Source: a virus
Virus record (IMG/VR): IMGVR_UViG_3300045541_000163
Strand: one strand, 5' to 3'
Length of the DNA stretch: 64,000 nucleotides
Shown in pieces: positions 46,708 through 55,084 of the stretch. The position numbers and the translations under genes were made by a program. Position 1 is the stretch's first letter. Each line of letters opens with the position of its first letter. The notes below the pieces were generated by a model. That model was not told where the DNA came from. It saw only the letters and a program-made list of their open reading frames with translations, and did no database searches.

Positions 46708-49116
46708 ATGACAAAAGTAACTAATGCCTACGGACAAAAAAAGGTTCATCAGAGATATACCGAAAATACAGATTCAGTTGGCATTGCCCAAAGCCCTGGC
46801 ATATACATCGGTGTTGTTAAAAAGAACGATGATGCTCAAAACATGGGCCGTCTCAAAGTTTATATCAAAGAGTTTGGCGGCGACCCCCGTTTAGAAAGCT
46901 CGTGGATTACTGTTAGCTATGCCAGTCCATTTGCTGGCAGTACATCAATTTATCAACAAGGCACAAACTATAGTGAATACGACGACACCATAAAAAGCTA
47001 CGGCTTCTGGGGAGTGCCACCAGATATAGATGCTCATGTTCTTGTGGCTTTTATTGCAGGTAAAGTATCTGTGGGATATTGGTTTGCTTGTTTATTTCAA
47101 CGTGGAACACAAGTTAGCATCCCGGGAATTCCAGTAGGCAGAACTGCTACCGGAGATAATAAACCAATAGCACCAAAAAATCATAGAGATCCTGATCCTG
47201 ATTTAGAAAAATATGTAGAGCACAAGCCAATGAGTTCTGCGTTAAAGAAGCAGGGTTTAGAAAATGACCCTGTTCGCGGCACTTCAACTAGCGGCGCAGC
47301 AAGAGAAGCACCTAGTCGAGTAGTTGGATTGTTAACGCCAGGCCAGCATCAATTTGTAATGGATGATGGCGACAAGGACGGTAATAATAGGCTTATAAGA
47401 TTACGCACAACTAACGGAACGCAGCTACTCTTAGACGATGTTGCCGGACATATCTACTTAATTACCAAAGAAGGAAAAAACTGGGTTGAGCTTAATGCTG
47501 ATGGAAACATACATGTATATTCCGATGGAGATGTTAATGTTCGTGCCGAGAATAATATAAACCTTAAAGCTGATAATGATGTAAACATTGAAGCAGGTTC
47601 TAGTGTAAACATCAAAGCAGTTGAAGGATCGATTAATTTAGAAGCAGCCGGTGATTTTAATTCGTTTGCATTTAAGAGCACAAAGATTACTAGCGTCGAA
47701 ACTAGTAACATAAACAGTGGCACCGGTCATTATGAAACAGCCGGCGAAATTCATATGAATGGACCAGTTGCCGATGCTGCGAATCAAATCAGCACATATA
47801 CATTAAGCATCAATCAGGGTGTAAGTTCTAGTATATGTAATACTGTTCCTGAACACGAGCCGTGGAGCGGGCATGGCGGGTTAATCTTCCCAGTGGGTCA
47901 CGGAAATCAACAAATGAAAGATGACCCTGCGCCTAATCAGCAAGCTCGCTCGCCTGAGAATAATGAACAAGGTGCAGCAGTTAAATCATCCGGAGCAGTT
48001 GGTCCAACAGTGGAAGTCGAAAAAGCCACAACTAGTTCGGCGGCACAGGATGTAATAAAGAAAAATAACGGATTTAGTCCAGTTAATGTAGCCGATGCCG
48101 GCGGACAAAGCGGAGGCTTTGGTTCGGTAATTGTGCCTAAAGATAGTAAAACTGCTGCCAGCACTTCTGCAACTTCCAATGGCAGTTCCGAAGTTCCACT
48201 TACTCAAGCTGAAATTGACCTAAGAAATCAAACAGCAAATTTTCTTGCTAATGGCGGCATGAGTCAAGCAACAAAAGATGCAGTGGCCAAAGCCCAACAA
48301 TCTCGCAGAGAAGCCGATTCGTTAACAACGCTGGGGGATGCTACCATGTCATTGGGTGCATCGGTCTTTCAAAAGTTTAAAGAAATATTAAACAAATCTA
48401 ATGCTGCAGGTGCTCAGATTGATGCTGCTAGGCAGTCAATGAGTCCTAACAGCTTGTCATTTAAAGCTTTAGTTACTTCGATATCAAATGTATTCGGTGG
48501 ATCCAAGACTTCCGGGAATCCAATTAAGAACGATGTTGTCAATACATTGGCTTCGGGTATTGATGTAAGCAAAGCCGAGTCTATGTTTGCCAAGGATATA
48601 GAATCAAATGAAAAAGCAGTTAGACAAGTATTAAAAGCTAACGGTGTAAATGGATTGCCGCAAAATGTCTTCGATGGTTTAGTAAGCTACCAAAATCAAG
48701 TAGGTGATATCAAATATGCTTTTGTTCGCGGAGAAAAAATAGATTTAACTGGCTTGTATAGACAGCGCGACTGGCGCAGAGTGGCCAGCTTTATTGCCGC
48801 AGATGAGCGTGATCGTCCAAGACGAATACAAGAAGCGGCCATGATTGCCAATAATTCTTATGGCGTTGATGTAGATCTATTGAGAGTAATCAATAAAGGC
48901 TACGCAAAAACCGACGAATTAATTGCTAAAGAAAAACTAAATCAACAAACAGGCGATCCAGCCACGCCTCAACAGCTGGTAGCGGCCGCCACTAGCTACT
49001 GGGATCAAAATCAAGAGCCAATGCCTAGCCAAGATTTTGTGTTTAATAATCTAATAGCCAATAAAGATGTTGCTGAAGAAATTAAGAAACAGCAACCGGG
49101 CCCGTGGCCTTATTGA
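46708..49116 (+). CDS. gp5: Baseplate central spike (T4 gp5/VgrG-like) with a C-terminal lysozyme-like region
   Basis: OB-fold YIGVVKKNDD...GRLKVYI, beta-helix repeats (DVNVRAENNINLKADNDVNIEAG), QNVFDGLVSY...RRIQEA. Confidence 0.82.
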   Translation: MTKVTNAYGQKKVHQRYTENTDSVGIAQSPGIYIGVVKKNDDAQNMGRLKVYIKEFGGDPRLESSWITVSYASPFAGSTSIYQQGTNYSEYDDTIKSYGFWGVPPDIDAHVLVAFIAGKVSVGYWFACLFQRGTQVSIPGIPVGRTATGDNKPIAPKNHRDPDPDLEKYVEHKPMSSALKKQGLENDPVRGTSTSGAAREAPSRVVGLLTPGQHQFVMDDGDKDGNNRLIRLRTTNGTQLLLDDVAGHIYLITKEGKNWVELNADGNIHVYSDGDVNVRAENNINLKADNDVNIEAGSSVNIKAVEGSINLEAAGDFNSFAFKSTKITSVETSNINSGTGHYETAGEIHMNGPVADAANQISTYTLSINQGVSSSICNTVPEHEPWSGHGGLIFPVGHGNQQMKDDPAPNQQARSPENNEQGAAVKSSGAVGPTVEVEKATTSSAAQDVIKKNNGFSPVNVADAGGQSGGFGSVIVPKDSKTAASTSATSNGSSEVPLTQAEIDLRNQTANFLANGGMSQATKDAVAKAQQSRREADSLTTLGDATMSLGASVFQKFKEILNKSNAAGAQIDAARQSMSPNSLSFKALVTSISNVFGGSKTSGNPIKNDVVNTLASGIDVSKAESMFAKDIESNEKAVRQVLKANGVNGLPQNVFDGLVSYQNQVGDIKYAFVRGEKIDLTGLYRQRDWRRVASFIAADERDRPRRIQEAAMIANNSYGVDVDLLRVINKGYAKTDELIAKEKLNQQTGDPATPQQLVAAATSYWDQNQEPMPSQDFVFNNLIANKDVAEEIKKQQPGPWPY

Positions 49117-49466
49117 ACAAAAGGTTTTAGATTAGGCGGAGTCCATCCTTCGGGCTTGAGCACTTTGCCATCTTCACGCTTGCGAACCTTACCAGTAGTA
49201 GGATCAATCTTGGCAAAGTTAGTTCGCATAACTTCTCGCCAAGCACCTTCACCGTCGGCACCCATGCTGTGTATAGCACCAATAGTAACAACGAGAATGT
49301 CGATTAGTGCATCAAGTTCTTCTACTTGATTATCGGCGTCCTTTAGTTCATTGAATTCTTCTTCAATCAAACTAACATACAGCATCTTTTGCTGATAGTT
49401 AACTTCGCCTACAGTTTGATCGCAGGCTCGCATAAAAGTTTCTTGGTCGTAAAACGGGTTAGTCAT
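49110..49466 (-). CDS. MazG-like NTP pyrophosphohydrolase; probable start 49466
   Basis: LIEEEFNEL, DALIDILVV, NFAKID...REDGKVLKP motifs; ATGA overlap with the upstream gene. Confidence 0.88.
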   Translation of the reverse strand: MTNPFYDQETFMRACDQTVGEVNYQQKMLYVSLIEEEFNELKDADNQVEELDALIDILVVTIGAIHSMGADGEGAWREVMRTNFAKIDPTTGKVRKREDGKVLKPEGWTPPNLKPFVQ

Positions 49467-49690
49467 TCTGCTAGTTTCTCCATAAAGTGTTCTTGTCGAG
49501 TCATAAATGCTACGGGCTTGAGCCAACCGTATTCAAGACACGCTTGAATAATTTGTCTGTATTCGTTCGGGCATTTTGCGTCGATTTCAAATCCTGCTCG
49601 ATTACATAACATAATGCCATCTCGAATGGTAAATTCAGGGTCGCCATGGCGAACAGTTTTAATATTACTGGTAACGGCTGTGAGTTTCAT
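49463..49690 (-). CDS. Hypothetical protein
   Basis: Tightly coupled ORF in the minus-strand cassette. Confidence 0.7.
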   Translation of the reverse strand: MKLTAVTSNIKTVRHGDPEFTIRDGIMLCNRAGFEIDAKCPNEYRQIIQACLEYGWLKPVAFMTRQEHFMEKLAE

Positions 49691-49917
49691 GATTTGATAG
49701 TGTCAATCATTTTCTGTTTGGCTAATTCTTCTTCTCGTTTGACGATAATATCAACGACTTTCGGCGCTAGCATTTTAACAAGTTCAGACATTACTTCAAT
49801 GCCTTCTTCTTTAAGATGACTATAATTGGCTACACTACTACGATAGCCATACTTACTGTCATTCATTAAAGAAAATAGTTGCCCTGAAAGTATTTTACCA
49901 ATGTCTTGTTCAGTCAT
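49687..49917 (-). CDS. Hypothetical protein; probable start 49917 (MTEQDIG)
   Basis: A start at 49917 removes the overlap with 49922-50221. Confidence 0.65.
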   Translation of the reverse strand: MTEQDIGKILSGQLFSLMNDSKYGYRSSVANYSHLKEEGIEVMSELVKMLAPKVVDIIVKREEELAKQKMIDTIKS

Positions 49918-49921
49918 TGGT

Positions 49922-50221
49922 TTAGCCTTTCTTAAGCATTTCCATAAAAATAATCTTGCCGATACTGTCGCCGAAATTTTCGTCGCTAGTGATGACATGT
50001 AGTGAAGTGTGGTGTCGATCAGTTTTACGATCATAGTGTTGAATCTGTAGAACTTTGCCGCCTTGAGCGTTGTGAACAGTGAAACGAAGACAATCTTCAT
50101 GATCGAAGTCAGTATGTCCCATGGTCCGAAGTCGTGCCGATTTTATAGTATTGACGGCTTCTTGGGGACCGTCCTCATTAGGATGTAAAAAATTGAGAAT
50201 TTTTCGGCGTAGCCAATTCAT
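49922..50221 (-). CDS. Hypothetical protein
   Basis: Intact ORF with AGGAA-type RBS; tightly packed. Confidence 0.72.
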   Translation of the reverse strand: MNWLRRKILNFLHPNEDGPQEAVNTIKSARLRTMGHTDFDHEDCLRFTVHNAQGGKVLQIQHYDRKTDRHHTSLHVITSDENFGDSIGKIIFMEMLKKG

Positions 50222-50224
50222 AGT

Positions 50225-50464
50225 TTATTCCTTGAATAGTTTTTGGATTTCGTCAATGGCTTGAAGTTTAGCACAGTTGACAATGCTTTCTTGAAAAGTA
50301 GTGTAAGCACAATGTAAGGGCATGTTATCAACAGAGGCGATACATTCCTGTATGATCAATTGGGCGAAGTCTCGCATCTGCTCGAAAGTGTAGCCATGGA
50401 TATCTCCCTTTTCAGGATCGTAACCCAACCACTCTTGAGCAGGCAATTTAATTCGTTCGTTCAT
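50225..50464 (-). CDS. Hypothetical protein
   Basis: Intact ORF; TTGAAT-17-TAAAAT promoter upstream (50515-50487). Confidence 0.7.
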   Translation of the reverse strand: MNERIKLPAQEWLGYDPEKGDIHGYTFEQMRDFAQLIIQECIASVDNMPLHCAYTTFQESIVNCAKLQAIDEIQKLFKE

Positions 50465-50518
50465 TGCTGATACCTTTTAACTTGTTATTTTAGCATCAGT
50501 GTCAAACATATTCAAGAC

Positions 50519-50758
50519 TTATTTGAGCAAACTGATGTCTTTATGCCCAACTTTGACGATTTGGTATACCGCGTTTTTATGCTTGATTGGCAAGTCGCTG
50601 TGAACAGTAACTACCGGCGGCGATTCCCCGTCGACACAATTATCAATATATACAGTTCCACTAAAGGGAATCTTAGTCCAAAAGCCCCGCACCCTATCAC
50701 CAATATGGTATTTGGGTTTGTAAGCAACGCCATTAAAATATTCAGCGTAGTTAGGCAT
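50519..50758 (-). CDS. Hypothetical protein
   Basis: Directly follows the ligase gene; PKYHIGDRV SH3/KOW-like start. Confidence 0.7.
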   Translation of the reverse strand: MPNYAEYFNGVAYKPKYHIGDRVRGFWTKIPFSGTVYIDNCVDGESPPVVTVHSDLPIKHKNAVYQIVKVGHKDISLLK

Positions 50759-50760
50759 GA

Positions 50761-52053
50761 TTACAACTTCTCGCCTGCTTCAAATCCGCGGAATCGCAAA
50801 AAGCGAGGGAACCGCAAACTGTAACTGCCATCTTGGTTTTGAGTAATAGCGTCTGCTCTTACCTCAACCATGTGTCCAAGTAGACGATTACGATTAGTCC
50901 AATAGTCGACGCGATTACTATCGCTAAAACCGCTACCGACATTGACTTCAATAAATCGTCCTCCGTCTTCTCCTTGACATACCAATGCTCCGAGTCTTCC
51001 CTCGTTGCGTCCTGTTCCTTCTTCGACACCTGAGACCTCCAATGTAACTTCAATAAAGGGCTTGAGTTTAAGCCAACTATAGGTGCGTTTGCATTCGTAA
51101 GGTGCACCTGGATCCTTAATCATGATACCTTCATAGCCGCCATCAATGGCCTGCTGATTGATAGCACGGAATCGCTGTTGGCCTGCGTCGGTGTCCAAGT
51201 TAACTAGTTCTTGTGCAAGCATACGCACATTAGGCAGGCCCTCGATGTTGCCGTTATACCATTCCCGTACCCATTTGCTACGATCCAGTTGAGTGACTTT
51301 AGAACGACCTTGTTCAAAATCACCAAGTGACACAGCATCAAACAAATAGAGCACAGCATCCTTGGCGTTGACATTGTCCTTGCGATGCACCTGCTTCATC
51401 AAGTCTTGGAAACTACTTGACATCACTTCGCCGTCGAACACCCATGGCTCCTGCAAACCAGCCGCCACTGCGGCAAACTGTTCCTTGATGTGTCCAAAGT
51501 TTAGCAGTTCCTTGCCATTGCGACTGAACTGATCCACTCGACCCTCGGGGTAGACGATTGTCAAAACCCGCACTCCATCCAGTTTGACTTCGATTAGTTT
51601 TTCGCCACATACCTTGCTCTCGTGATCGGTACTGTCGTGTGCCAGCTGACAACTGAACACAGGGATAGCATTTTTGACGACCTTGTTAATGGTCTTTTCG
51701 CTAACGCCGCATCGCAAATCCTTAATTAAGATACGCCGATACCAATTGTTCCACTGATCGTTTGTACAGTGACTCATCATTTCTGTCAGCATGTCGCGAG
51801 CAGTATGCCCTGTGACTTGTCGCGAAACAAAGCCTGTAATGGCCAATGCGAACACTTCCCAATCGACACCCTCGCCGTCAGGTCCAGTGCGCTCAGGCAC
51901 TTGTTTAATGCCAAAGGTAATCATGGGGTCCAGGGCCAGGCGACAGCCTTCGAGGAATTCAGTGTTATCTCGATTAACTTCGATAATCTGCTCTTTATTA
52001 GTACGCAGATTATGAGCCTCAAGATCGCGGATAATTTGCCAAGGTTTGTTCAT
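50761..52053 (-). CDS. lig: ATP-dependent DNA ligase (T4 gp30-like)
   Basis: EVKLDGVR (motif I), FDGEV, EGIMIK, WLKLK, LRFPRF. Confidence 0.96.
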   Translation of the reverse strand: MNKPWQIIRDLEAHNLRTNKEQIIEVNRDNTEFLEGCRLALDPMITFGIKQVPERTGPDGEGVDWEVFALAITGFVSRQVTGHTARDMLTEMMSHCTNDQWNNWYRRILIKDLRCGVSEKTINKVVKNAIPVFSCQLAHDSTDHESKVCGEKLIEVKLDGVRVLTIVYPEGRVDQFSRNGKELLNFGHIKEQFAAVAAGLQEPWVFDGEVMSSSFQDLMKQVHRKDNVNAKDAVLYLFDAVSLGDFEQGRSKVTQLDRSKWVREWYNGNIEGLPNVRMLAQELVNLDTDAGQQRFRAINQQAIDGGYEGIMIKDPGAPYECKRTYSWLKLKPFIEVTLEVSGVEEGTGRNEGRLGALVCQGEDGGRFIEVNVGSGFSDSNRVDYWTNRNRLLGHMVEVRADAITQNQDGSYSLRFPRFLRFRGFEAGEKL

Positions 52054-52059
52054 AGTGTA

Positions 52060-52110
52060 AAAGAAAAATCCCTATACCCATATTATACAGGTATAGAGAT
52101 TTTGTGTCAA
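52060..52110 (-). promoter_or_regulatory. Consensus sigma70 promoter TTGACA-17-TATAAT overlapping a terminator hairpin
   Basis: -35 at 52110-52105; -10 at 52087-52082, in the loop of AAAATCTCTATACC/GGTATAGGGATTTT followed by a U tract. Confidence 0.88.
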
Positions 52111-52299
52111 TTAAGCAATAAAGCCCCATTGCAATTCAGGGTCATACCATGCTACTAGATGCCCGTTGTATTCGTAGACTTTAATGGGATGGGCCTCATT
52201 GTGTACTCGGGTCCAAATTAGAGTCTCTTCAAATTTTTGACGAGTGCAGTTGAGCTCTTCTGCGGGGTTGTCGTTAATAAAGTTACAAATATTTTCCAT
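52111..52299 (-). CDS. Hypothetical protein
   Basis: Has its own sigma70 promoter and a downstream terminator. Confidence 0.7.
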   Translation of the reverse strand: MENICNFINDNPAEELNCTRQKFEETLIWTRVHNEAHPIKVYEYNGHLVAWYDPELQWGFIA

Positions 52300-52331
52300 T
52301 TGCAGTCTCTTGTGCAGTTAACGAAGCCTCT

Positions 52332-52373
52332 ATTTTATAGCCGATATTATTTTGTGTCAATTAACCATAAATA
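52332..52373. promoter_or_regulatory. Back-to-back promoters: sigma70 TTGACA-17-TAAAAT (minus) and late CATAAATA (plus)
   Basis: -35 at 52360-52355; -10 at 52337-52332; late box at 52366-52373, 5 nt before ATG 52379. Confidence 0.8.
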
Positions 52374-52378
52374 CCCTT

Positions 52379-53572
52379 ATGAATGTCTTGATACTTACGC
52401 CTGATGCAGTTGGCAGCACTCTGCTACAACGATTAATAACAGTCTACATGCAATTTCATAAATTCGATAAACCTGTAATTAATATACATGAATTGGCATT
52501 GGGCATCGACAAGTTTTTTAGCCATGATTTTAATCGGGAAATACTCTGCAGAGCCAAAACCAATGGCTTTTATCAAACCATGCCCGAAATCATTGATTTA
52601 CTAAAAAACGCAGATCATTACAAAGTTTGTCGCTTGGCCAAGTATCATTTAAATGCTAGAAACGATGGCATCGAAAATGAACTACCGTTTTATGAGTATC
52701 TAGACGAAAACTTTTTTGTTATTGCAACACGTCGCCATAACTTGTTTGAACATGCATTGAGCTGGGGAATTAATAAAATTACCAAAAAGCTAAATGTCTA
52801 CTCGCCCACTGAAAAAATCGATACATTCATGAATTTGTATAAGAGCTCTGTAACACTAGACAAACAGGCATTTTATATGAGCCTTGAAAATTACAAAGAT
52901 TATGTCAATTGGTCAGAGAAAAATTTCAACATAGGTTCATATTTTTACTATGATCAGCACGTGGACAACATCGAAAAATATATTTTAAACTTGCCTATAT
53001 TTGCTGGCCAACTCGCGCAGATAACTTGGCAAGACGTGTTTAATATTGATTTTGCTAATTGGAATCGCTGTCATTTCTTTACCAGCAACATGGAAACACT
53101 GGCATTGGAAAATAAATCAGAACCAGTTGCTCAATTAACTTTTGACAAAAAACACGACGAAAAAGATTTAGAATTTTTAGATCGTTACTACGATTACACT
53201 AAAGACAGTCATCATGATAGAAATTTAGCCTTAACAGAATGCTCGAATCTTAAAACGATGGTCAGTTATTTGCCGCAAGAACAAATTAACTTTCTTAAGG
53301 AAAATTTTAGCAAATACGCTGATGCCGCCGATGCTGTGAGAAAAATGCATTACTTGGGTATATTACCCACTACAATACCGATTAAAAAGCAAACCTTGGC
53401 CGCTAAAAGATTTATGGTCAAAAACTTTGATCAATGCCTTGATGTGTATAACCAATGGATTGCAAGAAACCCAAGCTTTGGAAAGCCAATCAATGCAGAA
53501 GACTTGGAAGAGAATATGGCAAAAGAACAGAATTTCTGGAGCCATAACCCCGACACAAAATTATTAAGTTAA
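52379..53572 (+). CDS. Sulfotransferase-like P-loop protein; probable start 52379
   Basis: N-terminal VLILTPDAVGSTLLQRLI resembles the 5'-PSB loop; TRRHNLFEHALSW resembles the 3'-PB motif. Confidence 0.5.
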   Translation: MNVLILTPDAVGSTLLQRLITVYMQFHKFDKPVINIHELALGIDKFFSHDFNREILCRAKTNGFYQTMPEIIDLLKNADHYKVCRLAKYHLNARNDGIENELPFYEYLDENFFVIATRRHNLFEHALSWGINKITKKLNVYSPTEKIDTFMNLYKSSVTLDKQAFYMSLENYKDYVNWSEKNFNIGSYFYYDQHVDNIEKYILNLPIFAGQLAQITWQDVFNIDFANWNRCHFFTSNMETLALENKSEPVAQLTFDKKHDEKDLEFLDRYYDYTKDSHHDRNLALTECSNLKTMVSYLPQEQINFLKENFSKYADAADAVRKMHYLGILPTTIPIKKQTLAAKRFMVKNFDQCLDVYNQWIARNPSFGKPINAEDLEENMAKEQNFWSHNPDTKLLS

Positions 53573-53778
53573 TCCCAATCGATACGATTCATTAGATCGT
53601 GTCGCTTGCGATACATTTCACTTAATTGATCTTTGAGTCGGAGTTTTTGCTTTTTGAGCTCTTCTGCTTGGTATTCGTCCCAACTTTTTTGTTGGTAGAG
53701 TTGTTCCAATTGGCGTTCGATCGCAGTATGCTGATTGGTCAACGTTCTAATATGATGTTCCAGTGAATCCATGTCCAT
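53569..53778 (-). CDS. YdcH/DUF465-like small coiled-coil protein
   Basis: L...H..IERQL...ELKKQKLRLKDQL pattern; AAGGAG RBS. Confidence 0.7.
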   Translation of the reverse strand: MDMDSLEHHIRTLTNQHTAIERQLEQLYQQKSWDEYQAEELKKQKLRLKDQLSEMYRKRHDLMNRIDWD

Positions 53779-53808
53779 TTTGAGCTCCTTTGCGAGTTAA
53801 ACTCGGTG

Positions 53809-53837
53809 TTGACAAATAATATTTACTACTATACAAT
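53809..53837. promoter_or_regulatory. sigma70 promoter TTGACA-17-TACAAT (plus) with an opposite-strand late box AGTAAATA inside its spacer
   Basis: -35 at 53809-53814; -10 at 53832-53837; minus-strand box at 53827-53820. Confidence 0.75.
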
Positions 53838-53888
53838 GTTTTTTTCGGGCTGTCACGCCTTATTTTACCAGATTAAATATAATATATC

Positions 53889-54425
53889 ATGAGCGATACT
53901 TTACTTTTGAACCACGACGGTGCTCCGCTGAGTATGTTGCCACCCAGTGTTATTGACTGGACAATGGCTATTAAACTTGTTTATTTGAACAAAGTCATGG
54001 TGGTCAAAGAGTACGACGATTGGACAGTGCGTAGTCAAAAATTAGAACTTAAAGTTCCTAGCATTGTTATGACTAAGCGTTATGTCCGCCCACGCCAGCG
54101 TGTGCTTTTTAACCGTAAAATGGTTTACCTGCGTGACAACTATACTTGTCAATATTGCGGCGAACAGTTTACAGCCAAAGATCTGACACTAGATCATGTT
54201 AGGCCTAAGAGCTTGGGTGGCGGCAGCACATGGAGTAACTTAGTTACTTGCTGTGCCACATGTAACTGGCTCAAAGGCGCTAAAGTCATGGATCCTTTGA
54301 CCAAACCCAAAGAACCCAATTATTGGCATTTGGTCAAAGCTGCCAAGCAACACAATCATTTTACCATGAGAGATCCTGCTTGGGCAGAATACTTGGGCTA
54401 CGAAGCTGATCAACAAGCAGCTTAA
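53889..54425 (+). CDS. HNH endonuclease
   Basis: RDNYTCQYCG, TLDHVRP...GG..W.NLVTCCATCNWLKG. Confidence 0.92.
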   Translation: MSDTLLLNHDGAPLSMLPPSVIDWTMAIKLVYLNKVMVVKEYDDWTVRSQKLELKVPSIVMTKRYVRPRQRVLFNRKMVYLRDNYTCQYCGEQFTAKDLTLDHVRPKSLGGGSTWSNLVTCCATCNWLKGAKVMDPLTKPKEPNYWHLVKAAKQHNHFTMRDPAWAEYLGYEADQQAA

Positions 54426-54644
54426 TTATTTTCTTGTATAGACAAGATCCAGGCCGCCCATGCGGCCTGTGTACACACCCTTGACATTTCCGCTGGCCAG
54501 CGTAATTTTTACGCCCTGAATAGCGGCCACTAGCCTGCGATCGTCTAAATCGATCACTTGGGCTTCCATGCTTTTTCCATTGTTTTCGCAGATTACATTA
54601 ACTGTATCGGGCGTGTATTTCTTGTTCCAGTCGTTTTTATTCAT
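54426..54644 (-). CDS. Hypothetical protein; probable start 54644 (MNKND)
   Basis: GGAG RBS 6 nt before ATG 54644; this start avoids overlap with gp25. Confidence 0.68.
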   Translation of the reverse strand: MNKNDWNKKYTPDTVNVICENNGKSMEAQVIDLDDRRLVAAIQGVKITLASGNVKGVYTGRMGGLDLVYTRK

Positions 54645-54688
54645 TGCTGTCTCCGGCCATAAAATACTTATATTATTTTGTAATAAAT

Positions 54689-55081
54689 ATGAGTATGAGA
54701 ACATTTAAAGGCTTTAGTACAATTGGCCAGGAGTGGGGAAATTTTAAACTCTACGACTTGGATTTAGCCAAACGCGATTTACTCAATGAGCTTTACACTA
54801 GAAAAGGCGAAAGAATCATGAGCCCGCAGTTTGGCAGCGTCGTATGGGATTTATTGTTTGATCCTATGACAGATGAAAACATAGAAATAATTAGAGAAGA
54901 CTGTTTGCGTATTGTAAGTAAAGATCCTAGACTAGAGCTAAGACAGTTGGATGTTCAAGAAAATTTTGATCAACAGTCTATTACAGTGGCAATACTATTA
55001 AATTATGTTCCCACAGCAACACTAACTGAATTAGTTGCAGTATTCCAGCGCGAAATCGCAACTAATAAAATTCAAGGATAA
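54689..55081 (+). CDS. gp25: Baseplate wedge subunit (T4 gp25-like); start at 54689 or 54695
   Basis: LAKRDLLNELYTRKGERIMSPQFGS..WDLLFDP...DPR motif. Confidence 0.92.
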   Translation: MSMRTFKGFSTIGQEWGNFKLYDLDLAKRDLLNELYTRKGERIMSPQFGSVVWDLLFDPMTDENIEIIREDCLRIVSKDPRLELRQLDVQENFDQQSITVAILLNYVPTATLTELVAVFQREIATNKIQG

Positions 55082-55084
55082 TTT

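Noticed and set aside
49467-49526. ORF-track N-terminal extensions (also 3043-3075, 7924-7941, 27494-27508, 49918-50100, 52352-52378, 54645-54704)
   Set aside because: They overlap neighbouring genes or promoters; downstream starts have an RBS, ATGA coupling or the conserved promoter spacing.
53889-54425. HNH gene as part of an RNA-guided (IscB/HEARO-like) system or intron
   Set aside because: No RuvC motifs; the stop abuts a convergent gene and the upstream 110 nt are promoters, leaving no room for a partner RNA; it interrupts no gene.
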